Of a DNA stretch of 64,000 bases, positions 23,796 to 37,577 are shown piece after piece. The translations under genes were made by a program, and so were the position numbers. How positions within the stretch are numbered: position 1 is the stretch's first letter; the number at the start of each line of letters is the position of its first letter. The notes beneath the pieces are model-generated. The model was not told the DNA's origin. It made no database searches and worked only from the letters and a program-made list of their open reading frames with translations. Origin of the DNA: Scyliorhinus canicula (taxonomy: Eukaryota); the NCBI RefSeq assembly GCF_902713615.1, contig NC_052149.1, positions 214,995,623 to 215,059,622 on the forward strand, read 5' to 3'.

Positions 23796-24912
23796 GTCGT
23801 CTAATTTCAGGCCGGCACATAAACGATTGTGTTCTTCGAATTGGATCAATTGGAATAGGAAAAAAGCAAGAGCTCCTCTAGAAGGAGTGACTGATCTTCA
23901 GCATTATTTAAATATACATACAGGATATGGGTCAAAACTACATAAGGTAATATCACTTTGAATTATATAAAGAGTAAGAATTGGCATCTCAACAGCCTGA
24001 CACTGGAGCCCTGGATTCACATATGGAGCCCTGGGGTGAAAGGACAGCTATGTGTCTGCATATGTCAGCAAGTGTCAGTGTTTAATACACTGAAGCACAT
24101 CTCTTTACGCATCTCCTAATTCTACAGCTAATTGGAAACACACAAGTGAAACGCCCTTGATTTAAAATTACAGGTCTACCTTCCACACAGCGTTGAAGAA
24201 GTCATATTATTTGGAAAAATCAATTGCTCTAAGATTTGTGAATCCTATCTTGGGCTTAAAATTTAAGGAGGAAATGGGACAAAGTGTGGTACATATTTTT
24301 TCTTTCCTTGCCTAACCTAAGTTTTACCTCAAAGAGCCAATCGTTACTGATGGTATAACTCAAGTAAGTAGAATATGACTTCAGGTTGTTTCAGCGTAAT
24401 CAACATGCGGGAGCATAAGGTTTAATTACTACCTGTTAGAGGAAAAGTACTAATTATCGTACCTTAACTGTTTCTTATTACCAGGTCAACTTAAATTACG
24501 CTTTTTAATTTACAAAATGTAAAACCCTGGCCATTTTCTGGGACAAATTTCATTATTGGGTCATACATTACAACTAATTAAAAATCTCATATATATATTA
24601 TGAGACTCAAAGGAATCATAAAAACAGCACTAATGAAGCTGTAGAGATGCATTAATAGTAAGCGCAGGCGTAAACCACACAGTGCGGTGAGCAGTTTCTC
24701 TCTACCAGGGCTTTCAATTCTGGATCAATCATTTTTTAATTTTATAATTGTTTGAAACTACTTCCTGGGTAAATCTGGATTATATTTAAAGCTCTAATTT
24801 TAACATATAGAATTGTACAGTATAGATAGAGGCCATTCAGCATATTGTGTCAATGCTGGCTCTTTGAAAGAGTTGACAATTACTCACAGCTAATTTCTTT
24901 CTCTTTCCCCTT

Positions 24913-25760
24913 GGCCTGAATTTTCAGCATGGCGGGGGATCGAAGTCTCAGTAGGGGATTCACATCCCTGCCGACTCCAGCAGCCGTGATGCCATTTCAT
25001 GCTCTAATGAGCATTGATTGACATAATGCCTCGCTCGGGAGCAAGTCCTAACTTGGAAAGCTGCTGGCCAATCAAAACGGCTGGCAGCTCCAGGCATTGA
25101 GCTGCAGCGGCCAGGAGAGGCCTTGCAGGGAGATGCCAGAAATTAATGCCAGGAACCGCAGGGCAGGTAAGTAGTGGGGGTCCCAGGGTGAGGAGGTTAG
25201 GGAAGGCCTGGAGATCATGAGTGAGGCAATCACGGTCTAAGGGGATTGGCCAGGCTTGGAGGGGAAACCCCAGAGACCACCAGGCTTTAAGGAGCGGGCG
25301 ATCCCAGTCAGAAGGGTGTTTCTGATGGAGACACACACCCTCCCCCACTTTTCGCCGAGGTCCAGCTAGCTGCAACTTTGCCTTCCCAACTCCCCCCCCC
25401 CCCCCCCCCCCCCCCACCCCCGACCCACCACCTGCCGCCCTGATCTGTAATCTGCCCGCCAGCCTAAAAATTGAGGCTGTATAGGAAAAGGCCCTGAAGT
25501 GGTCATTAAGTGGCCATTTCTGGGCCTTGATTGGGGCAAGGGCAGCCTCCCTGTCTGAAGCCCAGCCCGTCCTAGTGTAAACTTGCAACCAGGTCAGAGA
25601 CGGGAACACGGAGGCAATCCCCTCCATTCAATTTCATGTTCCTCCTCCCTCAGCACCTCCTGGGAAGGCAGGGAGGCTGCCCTTGCCCCAATCAAGGCCC
25701 AGAAATGGCCACTTAATGACCACTTCAGGGCCTTTTCCTATACAGCCTCAATTTTTAGGA
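24913..25760. mobile_element. Older MITE-like element containing a perfect 91-bp inverted repeat
   Basis: Starts GGCCTGAATTTT; poly-C tract at ~25392-25415; appears to split a CR1 3'UTR remnant (~24800-24912 / 25810-25915). Confidence 0.55.
25463..25759. repeat. Perfect inverted repeat: 91-bp arms, 115-bp spacer
   Basis: 25463-25553 is the exact reverse complement of 25669-25759; the same peptide REAALAPIKAQKWPLNDHFRAFSYTASIFR appears in ORFs on both strands. Confidence 0.97.
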
Positions 25761-26659
25761 GCATGCAATTTTTGGCCTATATTTCTGTAAACATTGCCTT
25801 TTATTGGATACATCAAGGTTAACTTTTCTAAATCACTACTGAAATTTCTTTCAACATCTGTTCAGGCAGCGCATTCCAAATCATAACAGCTCGCTGTGTA
25901 AAGCAATTCTCCTTTTCATAGCGAATGGGTTGCTGATTATTGCAAATCTGTGTCCTCCATTGTCTTTCCATCAAAAATGTTTGACTTTTTTAACAGGTGA
26001 TTTCGCAGGTCAGCCTGTGGACGGGTTGCTCCACGCAACCCCGATCTTGGGTTTGTCATTGCCACTTCACCTACAGAGCAGGCTGCTGTGCTGCTCCTCC
26101 CAGAAGTCTGCATCAGGAGGATGTTGCAGATACATAAAGAGCTTTCCACTTGGGGGTGAGATTAATACTAGGGACCAAAATATAAGATAGTCGCAAATAA
26201 GGAAGTCAGGACAAACCCCTTTACCACAAGGGTGGTTAGAATATAGAACTTGCTTTCACACAGAGTGGTTGAGGAGAATAGCACTTATGAAGAAGCTAGA
26301 TAGGTCAATGAAGGAGAGAGGAACAGAAGGATATACTGATAGGTGTAGATGAAATAAGTGCTGGAATTCAGTGTAGACAATGGGGGTCTCACCCACTAAC
26401 TGGAGAACTGGTCAAAGCCCTTCATTGCCTCTTTTTGGGCACTTAAGTGGGTAGCAATGGATTAGGGCCCCAGGGCACAAAAATTCCGCCTGCCAATTGC
26501 TCCTGACTAATCAGAGGCCAGCTACTCTTCCTTGCTTGGCAGCACCAATGGAGTGGCACTGGGTGTTGTTGGTAATGTATCCACTTAAAGCTCAGGAGGG
26601 CGGTTCCCTAAGGCTCCCCATTCCTGATATTCTGTCCCTCAGTCAGGCACTGATCGCCT

Positions 26660-27460
26660 CTGAATGAGTAACATATTGGCATGGATTGAAGATTGGCTAC
26701 CTAACAGGAAACAGAGAGTTGGCATAAATGGGCATTTTTCTGGATGGCAGGGGATACTGAATGGTATGCCACAGGGATCTGTGCTGGATCCTCAACATTT
26801 TACAATTTATATAAATGACTTGGATTCAGGGACCAAATATTTGGTTGCTAAATTTATTGACGGCACAAAGATAGGTAGGAAAGTATATTATGATGAGGAC
26901 GCAAGGAGGTTTCAAAGGGGCATGGATGTGAGTGGGCAAAGATCTGGCAAATGAGGTATAATGTGTGAAGTAGTGAAATTCTCCATTTTGGCAGGAAGAA
27001 GAAAAAGAAGCATATTATCTAAATGGTGAGAGATTGCAGAACTCTGAGATGCAACGAGATCTCAGTGTTCAAGTGCATGAAACACAAAAGGCTCAGATGC
27101 AGGTACAGAAAGTAATTAGGAAAGATAATAGGATGTTATTGTTTATTGTGGGGGGAATTGATTACAAAAGTAGAGAGGTTACGTTTCAGTTGTACAGGGC
27201 ATTGGTGGGTCATATCTGGATTACTGTGTGCAGTATTGGTCTCCTTATTAAAGGAAGGAAGTAAATGCATTGGAAACATTCAGGGAAGTTTTACTCGACT
27301 AATACCAGGAATGGATGGGCTGTCATATGAAGAAAGGTTGCCCAGGTTAGGCTTGTATTCACTGAAGTCAAAAAGAGTAAGAGGAACATAAAGCTAGGCC
27401 CAGTACAGTTGGGCTGAATAGCTTCTCTGTGTGATGCACACTTTACGTAATTCCATGCAA
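26660..27460 (+). mobile_element. CR1 RT fragment
   Basis: WIEDWLPNRKQRVGING..PQGSVLDP..IYINDLD..KFIDGTK. Confidence 0.9.
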
Positions 27461-27569
27461 TAATATATTTATTTTGGTCATTCTGAAAGTTTTTTGACAA
27501 ATACCCATACTACCGACTTCCAATTACATTAAAAGCCAAAAGAAATCAGTGTGGAATATGGGACAAGAT

Positions 27570-28390
27570 AAGAAGCTCATTGCAAAAATGGGAAGCAGAT
27601 GGTTCTCCTCAGAGTCGTAATGGCAGACTGGGGAGAGGGGCGAGAGTCTGAGTGGTGTTTCACAGGGTCAGTTCTTGGATTCCTGTTGTTTTCAATTTAC
27701 ATGAATGACCTAGATGCAAAAACAACTGCAGGCTTGCCAAGTTTACTGATGGCACTAAATTAAGACACGTAATCAATTGGGGCGGGGGTGGGGGGGGGGG
27801 GGGGGGTTTGGATACAGCTAGGCATTTAGATTGGTTGTGCAGTTAGGTAGACAAATGGCAAATGGAATTTAACACATCAATGCAAAATACATTGAGCTAG
27901 GTTGAGAGAATGTGGGTCACAAATATACAGTGTGAGGAACTGAATTAGTTCAGGGACACAAAAAGGGACCCGGGAGCAATCAAGTGCTTTCAATGTCCAG
28001 TTAATGTGACAAAGCAATTAAAAAATATAATAGAATAGAAGGTTACATCACCAGAACAGTAGAAAAAGATCTTTTGAAGTTATGATGAAGCTTTCAAATG
28101 GGGGAGTAACGCAACTTCTCGAGCACTGTTCAGTTTTGATCAGCAGACAAATGGAAAATATTGATAAATTGGAAAAAAACCCCAGAAAGAATGGCGACAT
28201 CGCTGATGCCAAGGAGAAAGAGGATTTACAATGAGGAAAGATTGCAGAAGCATGAACTTTGGACTCTGGGAAAAAAGTGGATAATTGGGGAAATACCCTC
28301 CGAGTATATTAGGAATGCAGATAAGGTACGCACCCAGGTTATTTCAACTAGGAAATGGGACGTGGTGAAAGGAGGTATTTGACAAAATTT
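27570..28390 (+). mobile_element. Very old CR1 fragment
   Basis: Decayed cagggtcagttcttgg (QGSVLG), aagtttactgatggcactaaa (KFADDTK), aaatggcaaatggaatttaac (KWQMEFN). Confidence 0.7.
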
Positions 28391-28391
28391 A

Positions 28392-28785
28392 GGGCTGAAT
28401 TTTTAAGATGGCACGGGCTTGAAGAATTGGCAGAGAACACATCCACACTGATTCCGAGTGCCCGGCTGCCATTTTACACTCCAACGAACATGGATTGGGA
28501 TAAGGCAGGACTTCTGCCCCTCAGTCAGGCGAAAGTCCGTCTTGGAGAGCTGCCAGCTGATCCCATTGGCCTCAGCTCTCCAGTTGCTCCAACAGTGCTG
28601 CAGTGGCTGGAAGAAGAACTGGACAAAGTTGTCAGAGCTTACGTCCTGGGAACTGAAAGCCCTGGTTAAATATCAGGGGTCCCAGGGTGGGTATTGTAGG
28701 GAATTTCTGGGGGTTTACGGGGAAGTGATTGGGGTCTCGGGTACCAGCTCCCCACCTCCCCTCCCCCCCCCCCCCCCCCCCCCCA
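28392..28785. mobile_element. Truncated MITE-like fragment
   Basis: Left terminus GGGCTGAATTTT; ends in poly-C; right terminus not seen. Confidence 0.45.
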
Positions 28786-30500
28786 TGCCCTCTAATTCTA
28801 GACTCCTCTACCTTTGGGAAAAGATGTTGAATATCTACCTTATCTATGCCCCGCATTATTTTATAGACCTCTGTAAGATCACTCCTAAGCCTTTTATGCT
28901 CAAGGGAAAAAAGTCCCAGCCTATCCAGCCTCTACTTATAACTCAGACCATCAAGTCTTGGTAGCATCCTCGTAAATCTCTTCTGCACTCTTTCTAGTTT
29001 AACAATATCCTAATAGGGTGACCAGAATTGAACACAGTATTCCAATTGTAGTCTCAACCAATGCCTTGTACAACTTCAACAAGACTTCCCAACTCCTGTA
29101 TTCAATATTCTGACCAATAAAACTTAGCATGCTGAATGCCTTCTTCACCACCCTGTCCACCTGCAACTCCACCATCAAGGAGCTATGAACCTGTACCCCT
29201 AGATGTCTTTGTTATGTAACTCTCCCCAGCTCCCTATCGTTAACTGAGTAGGTCCTACCCTGATTTGATCGACCAAAATACATCACCTCACATTTATCCA
29301 AATTAAACTCCATCTGCCATTCATCAGCCCTTTGGCCTAATTGGTCATTATCCTGCTGCAATCTTATATGACCCTGTCTTTACTAAAGAAATCCTACCCC
29401 CTCTCTAGTCACTCTTTGCCCTTTATGTATCTGTAACAGCTTTTTGGATTTTCCTTTGCCTTATTTGCCAAGACAATCTCATGTCCCCTTTCTGCCCTCT
29501 TGACCTCTCTCTTAACTCTACTCCGACAATCCCTATACTCTTCAAGGGATTCACTTGATCCCAGCTGCCTGTGCATGTCATATGCCTCCTTCTTCCTTTT
29601 GAGCATGACCTCAATATCCCGAGTCATCCAGGGTTCCCTCCTTCTACCAGCCTTACCCTTCACTCTAGAGGAATGTGCTCACCCTGAACCCTAGTTACAC
29701 CTTTTTGAAAGACTCCCACTTACCAGCTGTCCCCTTGCCTGCAAATAGGCACCCCCAATCGATTTTTGAAAATTCCCGCCTCGAAATTGGCCTTGCCCCA
29801 ATTTTGAATTTTAACTTTTGGGCCGGAACTATCATTCTCCATAGCTATTTTGAAACTAAAGGAATTATGGTCACTGGTCCCAAAGTGATCCCTCACTAAC
29901 ACATCTATCACTTGCCCTTCCTTATTCTCCAAGAGAAGGTCATGTTTTGCCCCTTTTCTAGTCGGCCATCCACACGTTGAATGAGGAATTCTTCCTGAAT
30001 ACACCCGACAAATTTCTTTCCATCCAAACATATGGCTGTCCCAGTTAATGTTGGAAAAGTTAAAGTCCCCAACTATTACCACCTTATTTTTCCGGCAGCT
30101 ATCTGTAATCTCTTTACATAGTTGCTTCTCGATTTCCCGCTGACTATTTGGGGGCCTACAGTACAGTCCTATCAAAGTGATCTCACCGTTCTTATTTTTC
30201 AGTTCTACCCATATAGACTCAGTGGGTGAACCCTCGGATATATCCTCTGTCTGTACTGCCATGATACTGTCACTAATCAAAAACACAACTCCACCTCCTC
30301 AACTAGCTCCTGTTCTATCTTTCCGATAGCATCTGTATCCTGGAACCTTGAGCTGTCAGTCCTGTCCCTCCTTTAGCCATGTTTCAGTAATAGCTGTAAC
30401 ATCCCAGTCCCATGTACCCATCCATGCCCCGAGTTCATCTGCTTTGCCCGTTTGGCCTCTTGCATTAAAATAAATGTAGTTCAATCTGTTTCTCTGCCTT
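28786..30500 (-). mobile_element. CR1 ORF2 with internal deletions
   Basis: YFNARGQTGKADEL..AITETWL, ESIWVELKN..YCRPPN..VGDFN, SDHN, then jumps to the ORF2 C-terminus (MRGIDKVD). Confidence 0.9.
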
Positions 30501-31179
30501 CCACTTTTCTTCTCACTGACTTTTGTTTCTATTCTCTCTTCACTACCCTCCGTGTTCCTACATTGATTTCCATCTTGACTTTGTAAGATAGTGATGAATA
30601 ACAAGTAGGCAGTCCACATCTCCCCTGATTTTTATTCCCAATGACTTTCAATTTGTACAATCACACAAAGCCAAGGTTAACCCCAAAGAGTGCTACTGAC
30701 AAGGCTTTTAGATAATACGATGGGAGAATTAAATGGCTGAATTTTTGAGGGACGTGTGCACTGATGCCACCTGATCCCCCTCCTCAACTCCCCTCCAAAC
30801 TCAGAAGAAAGGTCGGTCAAAAAACAATCGACTTTCAAAAATGCCAACATGTAGCAATAGTAAAAGTTGAGGGCCAGGTTTTCTCTCCTCAGCGGATGGA
30901 AGTTCCACCCTCAAGAGTTGCAAGACAACCCGATCGGCCAGCGGTTCTTGCAGTTCTAGAAGAATGTAGTGACCGCCACTCAGATTTAAAGAAGGCCCTC
31001 GACGAAGTGTCATGGACACTGGACAAAGTCAGACGACGTTTCTTGGGTGGAGGCTGCTGGGGGATTGGGCAGCTGAAGGAGGGGATTGAGAAGGTTAGGG
31101 ATACAGGGAAGCACAAAGGAGGGTTTGTATAATTCCCCACAATTGGGCCAGGTACCTGACTATTAGTGGAGAAAAATAC

Positions 31180-31373
31180 AAAGCCGGAATCCTTCGACTG
31201 TTAGTGCTGGAGGGATTCTCTGGTCCCTCTTGCAGGTTTCCCGGCAGCATGGAGTGGCTACAATAGGAATTCTTATTGACAGAGGCTGGAGCGGAGATTC
31301 CCGCTGCCAGCGAATGGTTCGCTGCCCCCTACCGCCAAGAAATACACGGCTGGACGGCCGGAGAATCCCATCC
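31180..31373. mobile_element. Short (~190-bp) MITE
   Basis: Internal gggattctc motif and right terminus GGAGAATCCCATCC related to the GC-rich family TIR. Confidence 0.5.
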
Positions 31374-31783
31374 AAAATGTAGGACAGGGAGAGAAAAGTG
31401 GAAAAAAGAAGAGAAATATGTATAGAAATATTGTTCACTTTTCTGTGAAAGCGATTTAGTCCTCCCAGGCTCACAGCTTTTGAAGTTAACTTGAAGAGCG
31501 TTTGGGTGGGAAATAGGGCTAATGACTGTCGCCCTAATTCTCAACTCCCTTTGAGTACATTTTAGTGCCAGGAGTGTTAACATTTCCCTTCTATCCTCTT
31601 TTTCATTATCTCCACTAATCCAAATGTCAGATCAAAATGAATCATTGGTGACAAATTCCAAGGTTAAACGGCTGAAGTGTTTGCTCTTGATTTTTTTTTT
31701 TCTCTTCCTGTCTCTGGTCAACGGATTTGTGGCTGTTTTGCTTTTCTTCCACAAGCACTTTGTGGATAACTGTGAAAATTTAT

Positions 31784-32524
31784 CAGGCAGAAATTCAACT
31801 CAGTTTTGCACTTGAAAAACGCATGGCTCCAGACAAATTTCAACAGTCTACTTTGGTCGTCCCATTGATGCCAAGACCTGCCGAATGGCATATTCAGGTG
31901 TGCCTGTAACTGAACCAACTGCCGCTGCCTGGCGAAACAAACTGCCGCTGCCTGCCGAAACAAATTGCCACTGCCTGCCTAAAACAGGCCTGACGACTGC
32001 TTGGATAAGGAGTATCTCGAATGCAAAATTCACGTACAAATGGACAAAGAGTCCACCCTGCCTAATTGTATCAGAGTGACCTAACCAAATGTGTGGGCAC
32101 CACTAGAAACTAAGGAAGAGGCTTGGGAAATCTAGGAGAAATAGGTTTTCTCCTCAAGGCCCAAAAAGCACTCAGACCTGCTGTCGGCGTTCTCAACTGA
32201 TCTAACCTGTTACCTGGCTCTGTGTAAGAGCTTAATGATTCCCCACAACCAGGGGCCACATGCTAGGCACCAGCAACTTGTTGGGAGCATTTAAATGAGG
32301 CCTGAACTAAACTCCAGTTCATGTTTCTCGTTAGCTAGAACTGGTCGGCCCATTAGCTACGTGACCACTTTGGGCAGAAATCGTATTTCTGGGACTGCAT
32401 ACTTCCAGTTCATACACAAATTAATACCAGCATGCCTTCTACTTACCTCACACTTCACAACAGTTGCAGCCTTTAGTCTCTGTTGTGATTCGACACAGGC
32501 AAGTGTTAACTATAATTCCCGCCT
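31784..32524. mobile_element. Old MITE-like element
   Basis: Termini GGCAGAAATT ... AATTCCCGCC. Confidence 0.45.
31917..31986. repeat. 23-bp tandem repeat, three copies
   Basis: aactgccgctgcctggcgaaaca / aactgccgctgcctgccgaaaca / aattgccactgcctgcctaaaaca. Confidence 0.9.
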
Positions 32525-33269
32525 TATGCGACAAAGACGCAGCAGAAAAAAAAAATGATGATTTCAAACATGTAATGCCTGGACTGTCCAAGGCCATGTA
32601 ACAAGCTGTGAATTTGCAAACGGACAAAACCATTTATTTGAAGGCACAATCAAGGCAAAATCTGAGGAGAAGAATGTGGTGATTATCAATACTCTCCTGA
32701 AATTGCACAGATTGATGCAGCAACTTAAAGAGCACAGAGTGCTCAAAACATGTGAAGCAATATCCTGAGCAACAGGAGGCTGATTGACGGATGAAAAAGG
32801 AAAATAAATATCAGTGCGATACCAGATGCAATCAGCTCAATCATATAAAGAAATATGGCTTAGCTGGCACTTTCAAAACCATAAACTACACTTCCGATAA
32901 ATGCATTAGTAGCTTTACAATTTATGTTTTATGCTATATTTATATCTGGATTATGCTTTAATCATAACTTCAATAAATGCATTTAATAACAACCAGTTTT
33001 CAGATCTTTGTTGAATAGTCTTTTTAGTCATCTGCTTGCCAACTTTTTACTAAAAAGAACTGAGATAAACATCACCGATAGTTTACCTACAAGTCATTAG
33101 ACTTCTGGGCTGCATTGAGTTAAAATTTGCAAAGGTTTGACGATAGTTAGTATCTTCGGTTTGGGCAAAGTTCTTCAGGACCACACTGGGACAGCATGCA
33201 GTACAAAGTGGTCTTTCTCACCTCTCTTGATTGACCCAAAGTAAGTCCCAAAATAGGTGGCATATAAGT

Positions 33270-33935
33270 GGTGTGATCGTATGGCCTCATTGTGCCTGAC
33301 TTAGTGATGCAACAAGACTAGTAAATCTCCTAAGAGGCTGCCCGCGAGATTTACGACGCTCAAGACGTCTCAGGACATCTCGCAAGACATCTTACGAAGG
33401 TGGATCTCATCTTCACTGGGTTTGATCCAGGTTTGCACACTCAAGTTAGCAATTAGCCTCACTGGAATATGCCTCCAATCCCAAGGCGCAGGATTGCAGG
33501 CCCCCAGTTGGTCAGGCTTTGGGCAAGGTGATACCCTGGCACCCCTGATGTCACCTGGATACCTTGGCACTGCCAGCCTGGCACCCTGCTGGCAGTGTCC
33601 AGGTGCTAGTTTGCATGTGCCAGGGATCGGGCCCAGGGTGCCCTTCCCTTATGAGGTGAGATGAGAGGGGCTCGAGGACCCCCTAATCGGTAAGTTGGGG
33701 CGTTGGGAGGGGTCTGGAAGTCGCAGTGGGGGTGGCGGGGTTGGGGGAGGGGGATCGAGAGGTCGAAGCTGGATTTAAAAATGCCACACTGATCTCTTCC
33801 TGCACTGATGAGCTGAGCTAGTCTGTGCAGGGAATTAAGCTAAGCATGGCCTTGGCAGGGCGTTCCTCGCAGAGGCCCGAAAAAAACCCACAGTCCCGTT
33901 TAATAGCGGGATTGTTCTCAGAACTGCAGACACGA
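33270..33935. mobile_element. Old MITE-like element related to 15962-16565
   Basis: Shared blocks (atctcgcaagac; gatctc..c.gcactga.gagct; cctcgc.gaggccc); termini decayed. Confidence 0.45.
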
Positions 33936-34118
33936 GGATCTGAATCAGAAAGCTAAAGGTCCAGAACATCACGACATGTGAGTAGTTAAAAGCTCTTCTG
34001 AATAGATTTTTTGATGTTGAAGATAGAAGTCCTTACACAGCTAGTACAGAAACTCTGCACTGACGAAAGGCAGATCTGAAGGTCGGGTATGTGAACATCT
34101 GTTCATATATCGAGGCTT

Positions 34119-34598
34119 TCAGACCCATTCTCCTGCCTTCTCCCCATAACCCCTGATTCCCTTATTAATCAAGAACCTATCTGTCTCTGTCTCAAAGACA
34201 CTCAGTGATTTGGCCTCCACAACCTTCTGCGGCAAAGAGTTCCACAGATTCACCACCCTCTGGCTGAAGAAATTCCTCGTCATCTGTTTTAAAGGATCGA
34301 CCCTTTTAGGATTGGATTGGATTTGTTTATTGTCACGTGTACCGAGGTATAGTGAAAAGTATTTTTCTGCGAGCATCTCAAACAGATCATTTAGTCCATG
34401 AAAAGAAAAGTAAATCCAGAATAGAAAATACATAATAGAAAATAATAGAAAATGGAAAGGAAAATCCAAAATACAGGGTCACCTGGACTCGAAACGTTAG
34501 CTCTTTTCTCTCCCCACAGATGCTGCCAGACCTGCTGAGATTTTCCTACATTTTCTCTTTGGTTTCAGATTCCAGCAACAGCAGTAATTTGCTATTAT
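34119..34598. mobile_element. Stack of 3' fragments: CR1 (-, 34119-34305), Rex1 (-, 34308-34450), Penelope-like end (+, 34474-34598)
   Basis: NFFSQRVVNLWNSLPQKVVEA; reverse complement of the 1700-1835 tail; gggtcacctggactcgaaacgttagctcttttctctcc matches 18208-18320. Confidence 0.8.
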
Positions 34599-34611
34599 AA
34601 AATCAAAAAAT

Positions 34612-37460
34612 GTTCTACAAAGAACAATACAGCACAGGAACAGGCCCTTCGGCCCTCCACGCCTGTACTGGTCATGATACCAACCTTTGCCAAAACCATC
34701 AACACTTCCTTGTGCTATACCCATCCTATCCATGTGTTTGTCAAGATGCCTTTTGAACTCTGTTAATGTATCTGCTTCCACAAACTCCCCTGGCAACGTG
34801 TCCCAGGCACTCACCACCATCTGCATAAGAAACCTGCCTCTCTCATCTCCTCTGAACTTTGCCCCATGGACCTTAAACCTCTGTCCCCTGGTGACTGACC
34901 CCTCCACCCTGGGAAAGAGTGCCTGGCCATCCACTCTATCCATGCCCCTCATAATCTTGTAGACCTCGATCAGATCACCCCTCAACCTCCGTCTTTCTAA
35001 TGAAAACAGTCTGAGTCTATCCAGCCTCTCCACATAGCTAACACCCTCCAGACCAGGCAACATCCTGGTAAACCTCCTCTGCACCCTTTCCAAAGCCTCC
35101 ACATTCTTCTGGTAATGTGGCGACCGGAATTGTGCGCAATATTCCAAGTGCGGCCTCACCAAGATTCCATACATCTGTAGCATGACTTGCCAGTTTTTAT
35201 ACTCGATGCCCTACTTAATGAAGGCAAGCATTCCGTATGCTTTCTTGACTACTTTGTTGCCACCTTCAAAGATCTGTGGACCTGTACACCCAGATCTCTC
35301 TGACTTTCTATTTTCCTCAGAGTTTTGCCATTTACGGTATATTTCCCCTCTATGTTAGACCTACCAAAATGCATTACCTCACATTACCTCCGGAGTAAAC
35401 TCCATTTGCCATTTCTCTGCCCAAATCTCCAACCTATCTATGTCCTGCTGTATCTTCTGACAATCCTCAACACTATCTGCCACTCCACCAACCTTGGTGT
35501 CATCCAAGAACTTACTAATCGGACTGGCTACATTTTCCTCCAAATCGTTTATGTACATTAAAAACAACAGAGGCCCAAGCACAGATCCCTGTAGGGCACC
35601 CCTAGTCACAACGTTCCATTCAGAAAAACACCCTTCTACTGCTACCCTTTGCCTTCTGTGACCGAGCCAGTTCTGTATCCATCTTACTACCTCATCTCTG
35701 ATCCTGTGTGACTTCACCTTTTGTACCAGTCTGCCATAAGACACCTTGTCAAAGGCTTTACTGAAGTGCATGTATACAACATCCACCCCTCATCAATCAT
35801 CTTTGTCACCTCCTCAAAAAACTCTGTCAATTTAGTGAGGCACGACCTCCCATTCACAAAACAATGCTGTCTATCTCTGATGAGTCCATTTGTTTCCAAA
35901 TGGGTATAAATCATGTCCCTGAGAATTCTCTCCAATAATTTACCTACTACCGACGTGGCCTATAGTTTCCAGGATTATCCCTGCTACCTTTCTTAAACAT
36001 CGGTACAACATTAGCTATTCTCCAGTCCTCTGGGATCTCACCTATAGCCAATGAGGATACAAAGATGTCATTCAAGGCCCCAGCAATTTCCTCCCTTGCT
36101 TCCCTCAGTATTCTGGGGTAAATCCCATCCAGCCCTGGAGACTTATCTACCTTAATGTCTTTTAAAAGACCCAATTCCTCCTCCTTTCTGATGTTAACAT
36201 GATCCAGATTGTTCACCCTACCCAAGAATCATCTTCCACAAAGTCTCTTTCTTTGGTGAACACTGATACAAAGTACTCATTTAGTGCCTCGCCCATTTCC
36301 ACTGACTCAACACATAGATTCCCTTCACTGTCCTTAAGTGGTTCAATCCTTTCCCTGGCCACCCTCTTGTTTTTTACAGATGAATAAAAAGATTTGGGAT
36401 TCACCTTAATCCTACTTGCCACGGACTTTTCATGACCCCTCCTAGCCCTCCTAATTTCCCACTTAAGTACCTTCCACTTTCTTTCGACTCCTCAAGGGTT
36501 TTGACTGTCCCCACCTTTCTCGACCGTACAAAAGTCTCCTTTTTCTTTTTGATGAGGTTCACAATATCCCTCGTCATTCAAGGCTCTCTAAACTTCCCAT
36601 ATTTATCCTTTGTTCTCTCAGGAAAGTGACTTTCCTGAATCCTAATCAACTGTCACTCAAAAGACTCCCACATGTCCGATGTTGATTTACTATCCAACAG
36701 CCGCACCCAACCCAAATTCTTCAATTCCTGTCTAATGTTAGCGTAATTTGCCTTTCCCCAGTTTAGCACCTTAACGCGAAGGTTACCTTCATCCCTGTCC
36801 AAAGGTACCCTAAAACTTACGGAATTGTGGTCACTACACCCAAAATGACCCCTACTGAAACCTCAACCACTCTTCCAGGCTCATTCTCCCTCCAATACCA
36901 GATCCAGTACTTCCCCTTTCCTAGTTGAACTATCTACATATTGCATCAAGAAGGCTTCCTCGATACACCTTACAATTTCTGCCCCATCCAAGCCCCCAGC
37001 ACTAAGTGAGACCCAGTCAATATAGAGGAAATTAAAATCCCCTACCACAACAACCCTGTTACATTTGCACCTATCCAAAATCTCTCTACCTATCTGCTCC
37101 TCTATCTCTCGCTAGCAGTTGAGGGGCACTGTAATAAATGCCCAACATTGTGTTTGCCCTCTTGCTGTTCCTGAGCTCTACCCAGATTGCCTCATTGTAT
37201 GAGCCCTCCAAGGTGTCCTCCCGCAGTATGGCTACAATATTCTCCTTTACCAGTAATGCTACTCTCCCACCCCTTTTACATCCCTCTCTATCTTTCCTGA
37301 AGCATCTATATCCTCCAATGTTCAGTTGCCAGTCCTGCCCATCCTTTAACCATGTTTCTGTGATAGCCACAACATCGAAATTCCAAGAACAAACTACTGC
37401 TCTAAATTCATCTGACTTACCCGCTATATTTCTGGCGCTGAAAAAAATACACTTCAAGCC
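34612..37460 (-). mobile_element. CR1 with near-complete but frameshifted ORF2
   Basis: MKCIFFSARNIAGKSDEF..AITETWL through VGDFN, KSPGLDG, KAFDKV, QGSVLGP, FLDD, to the C-terminus and (TTCTT)-type tail. Confidence 0.95.
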
Positions 37461-37577
37461 ATTGCGTTTGAGCGTTTAAAAAGAACTACATGAGTGGGAA
37501 TGAGAAAAAGGGGAATTAAGCCGTTGGAAGGAAAGAACCTAGCGCAATATAAGTATATGATTCTTAGAGCTATTATT

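Noticed and set aside
31917-31986. CRISPR-like array
   Set aside because: Head-to-tail tandem units without unique spacers, in eukaryotic context with no cas genes.
34060-34090. CTGACGA as another hammerhead core
   Set aside because: No stem II followed by GAAA and no stem I complement.
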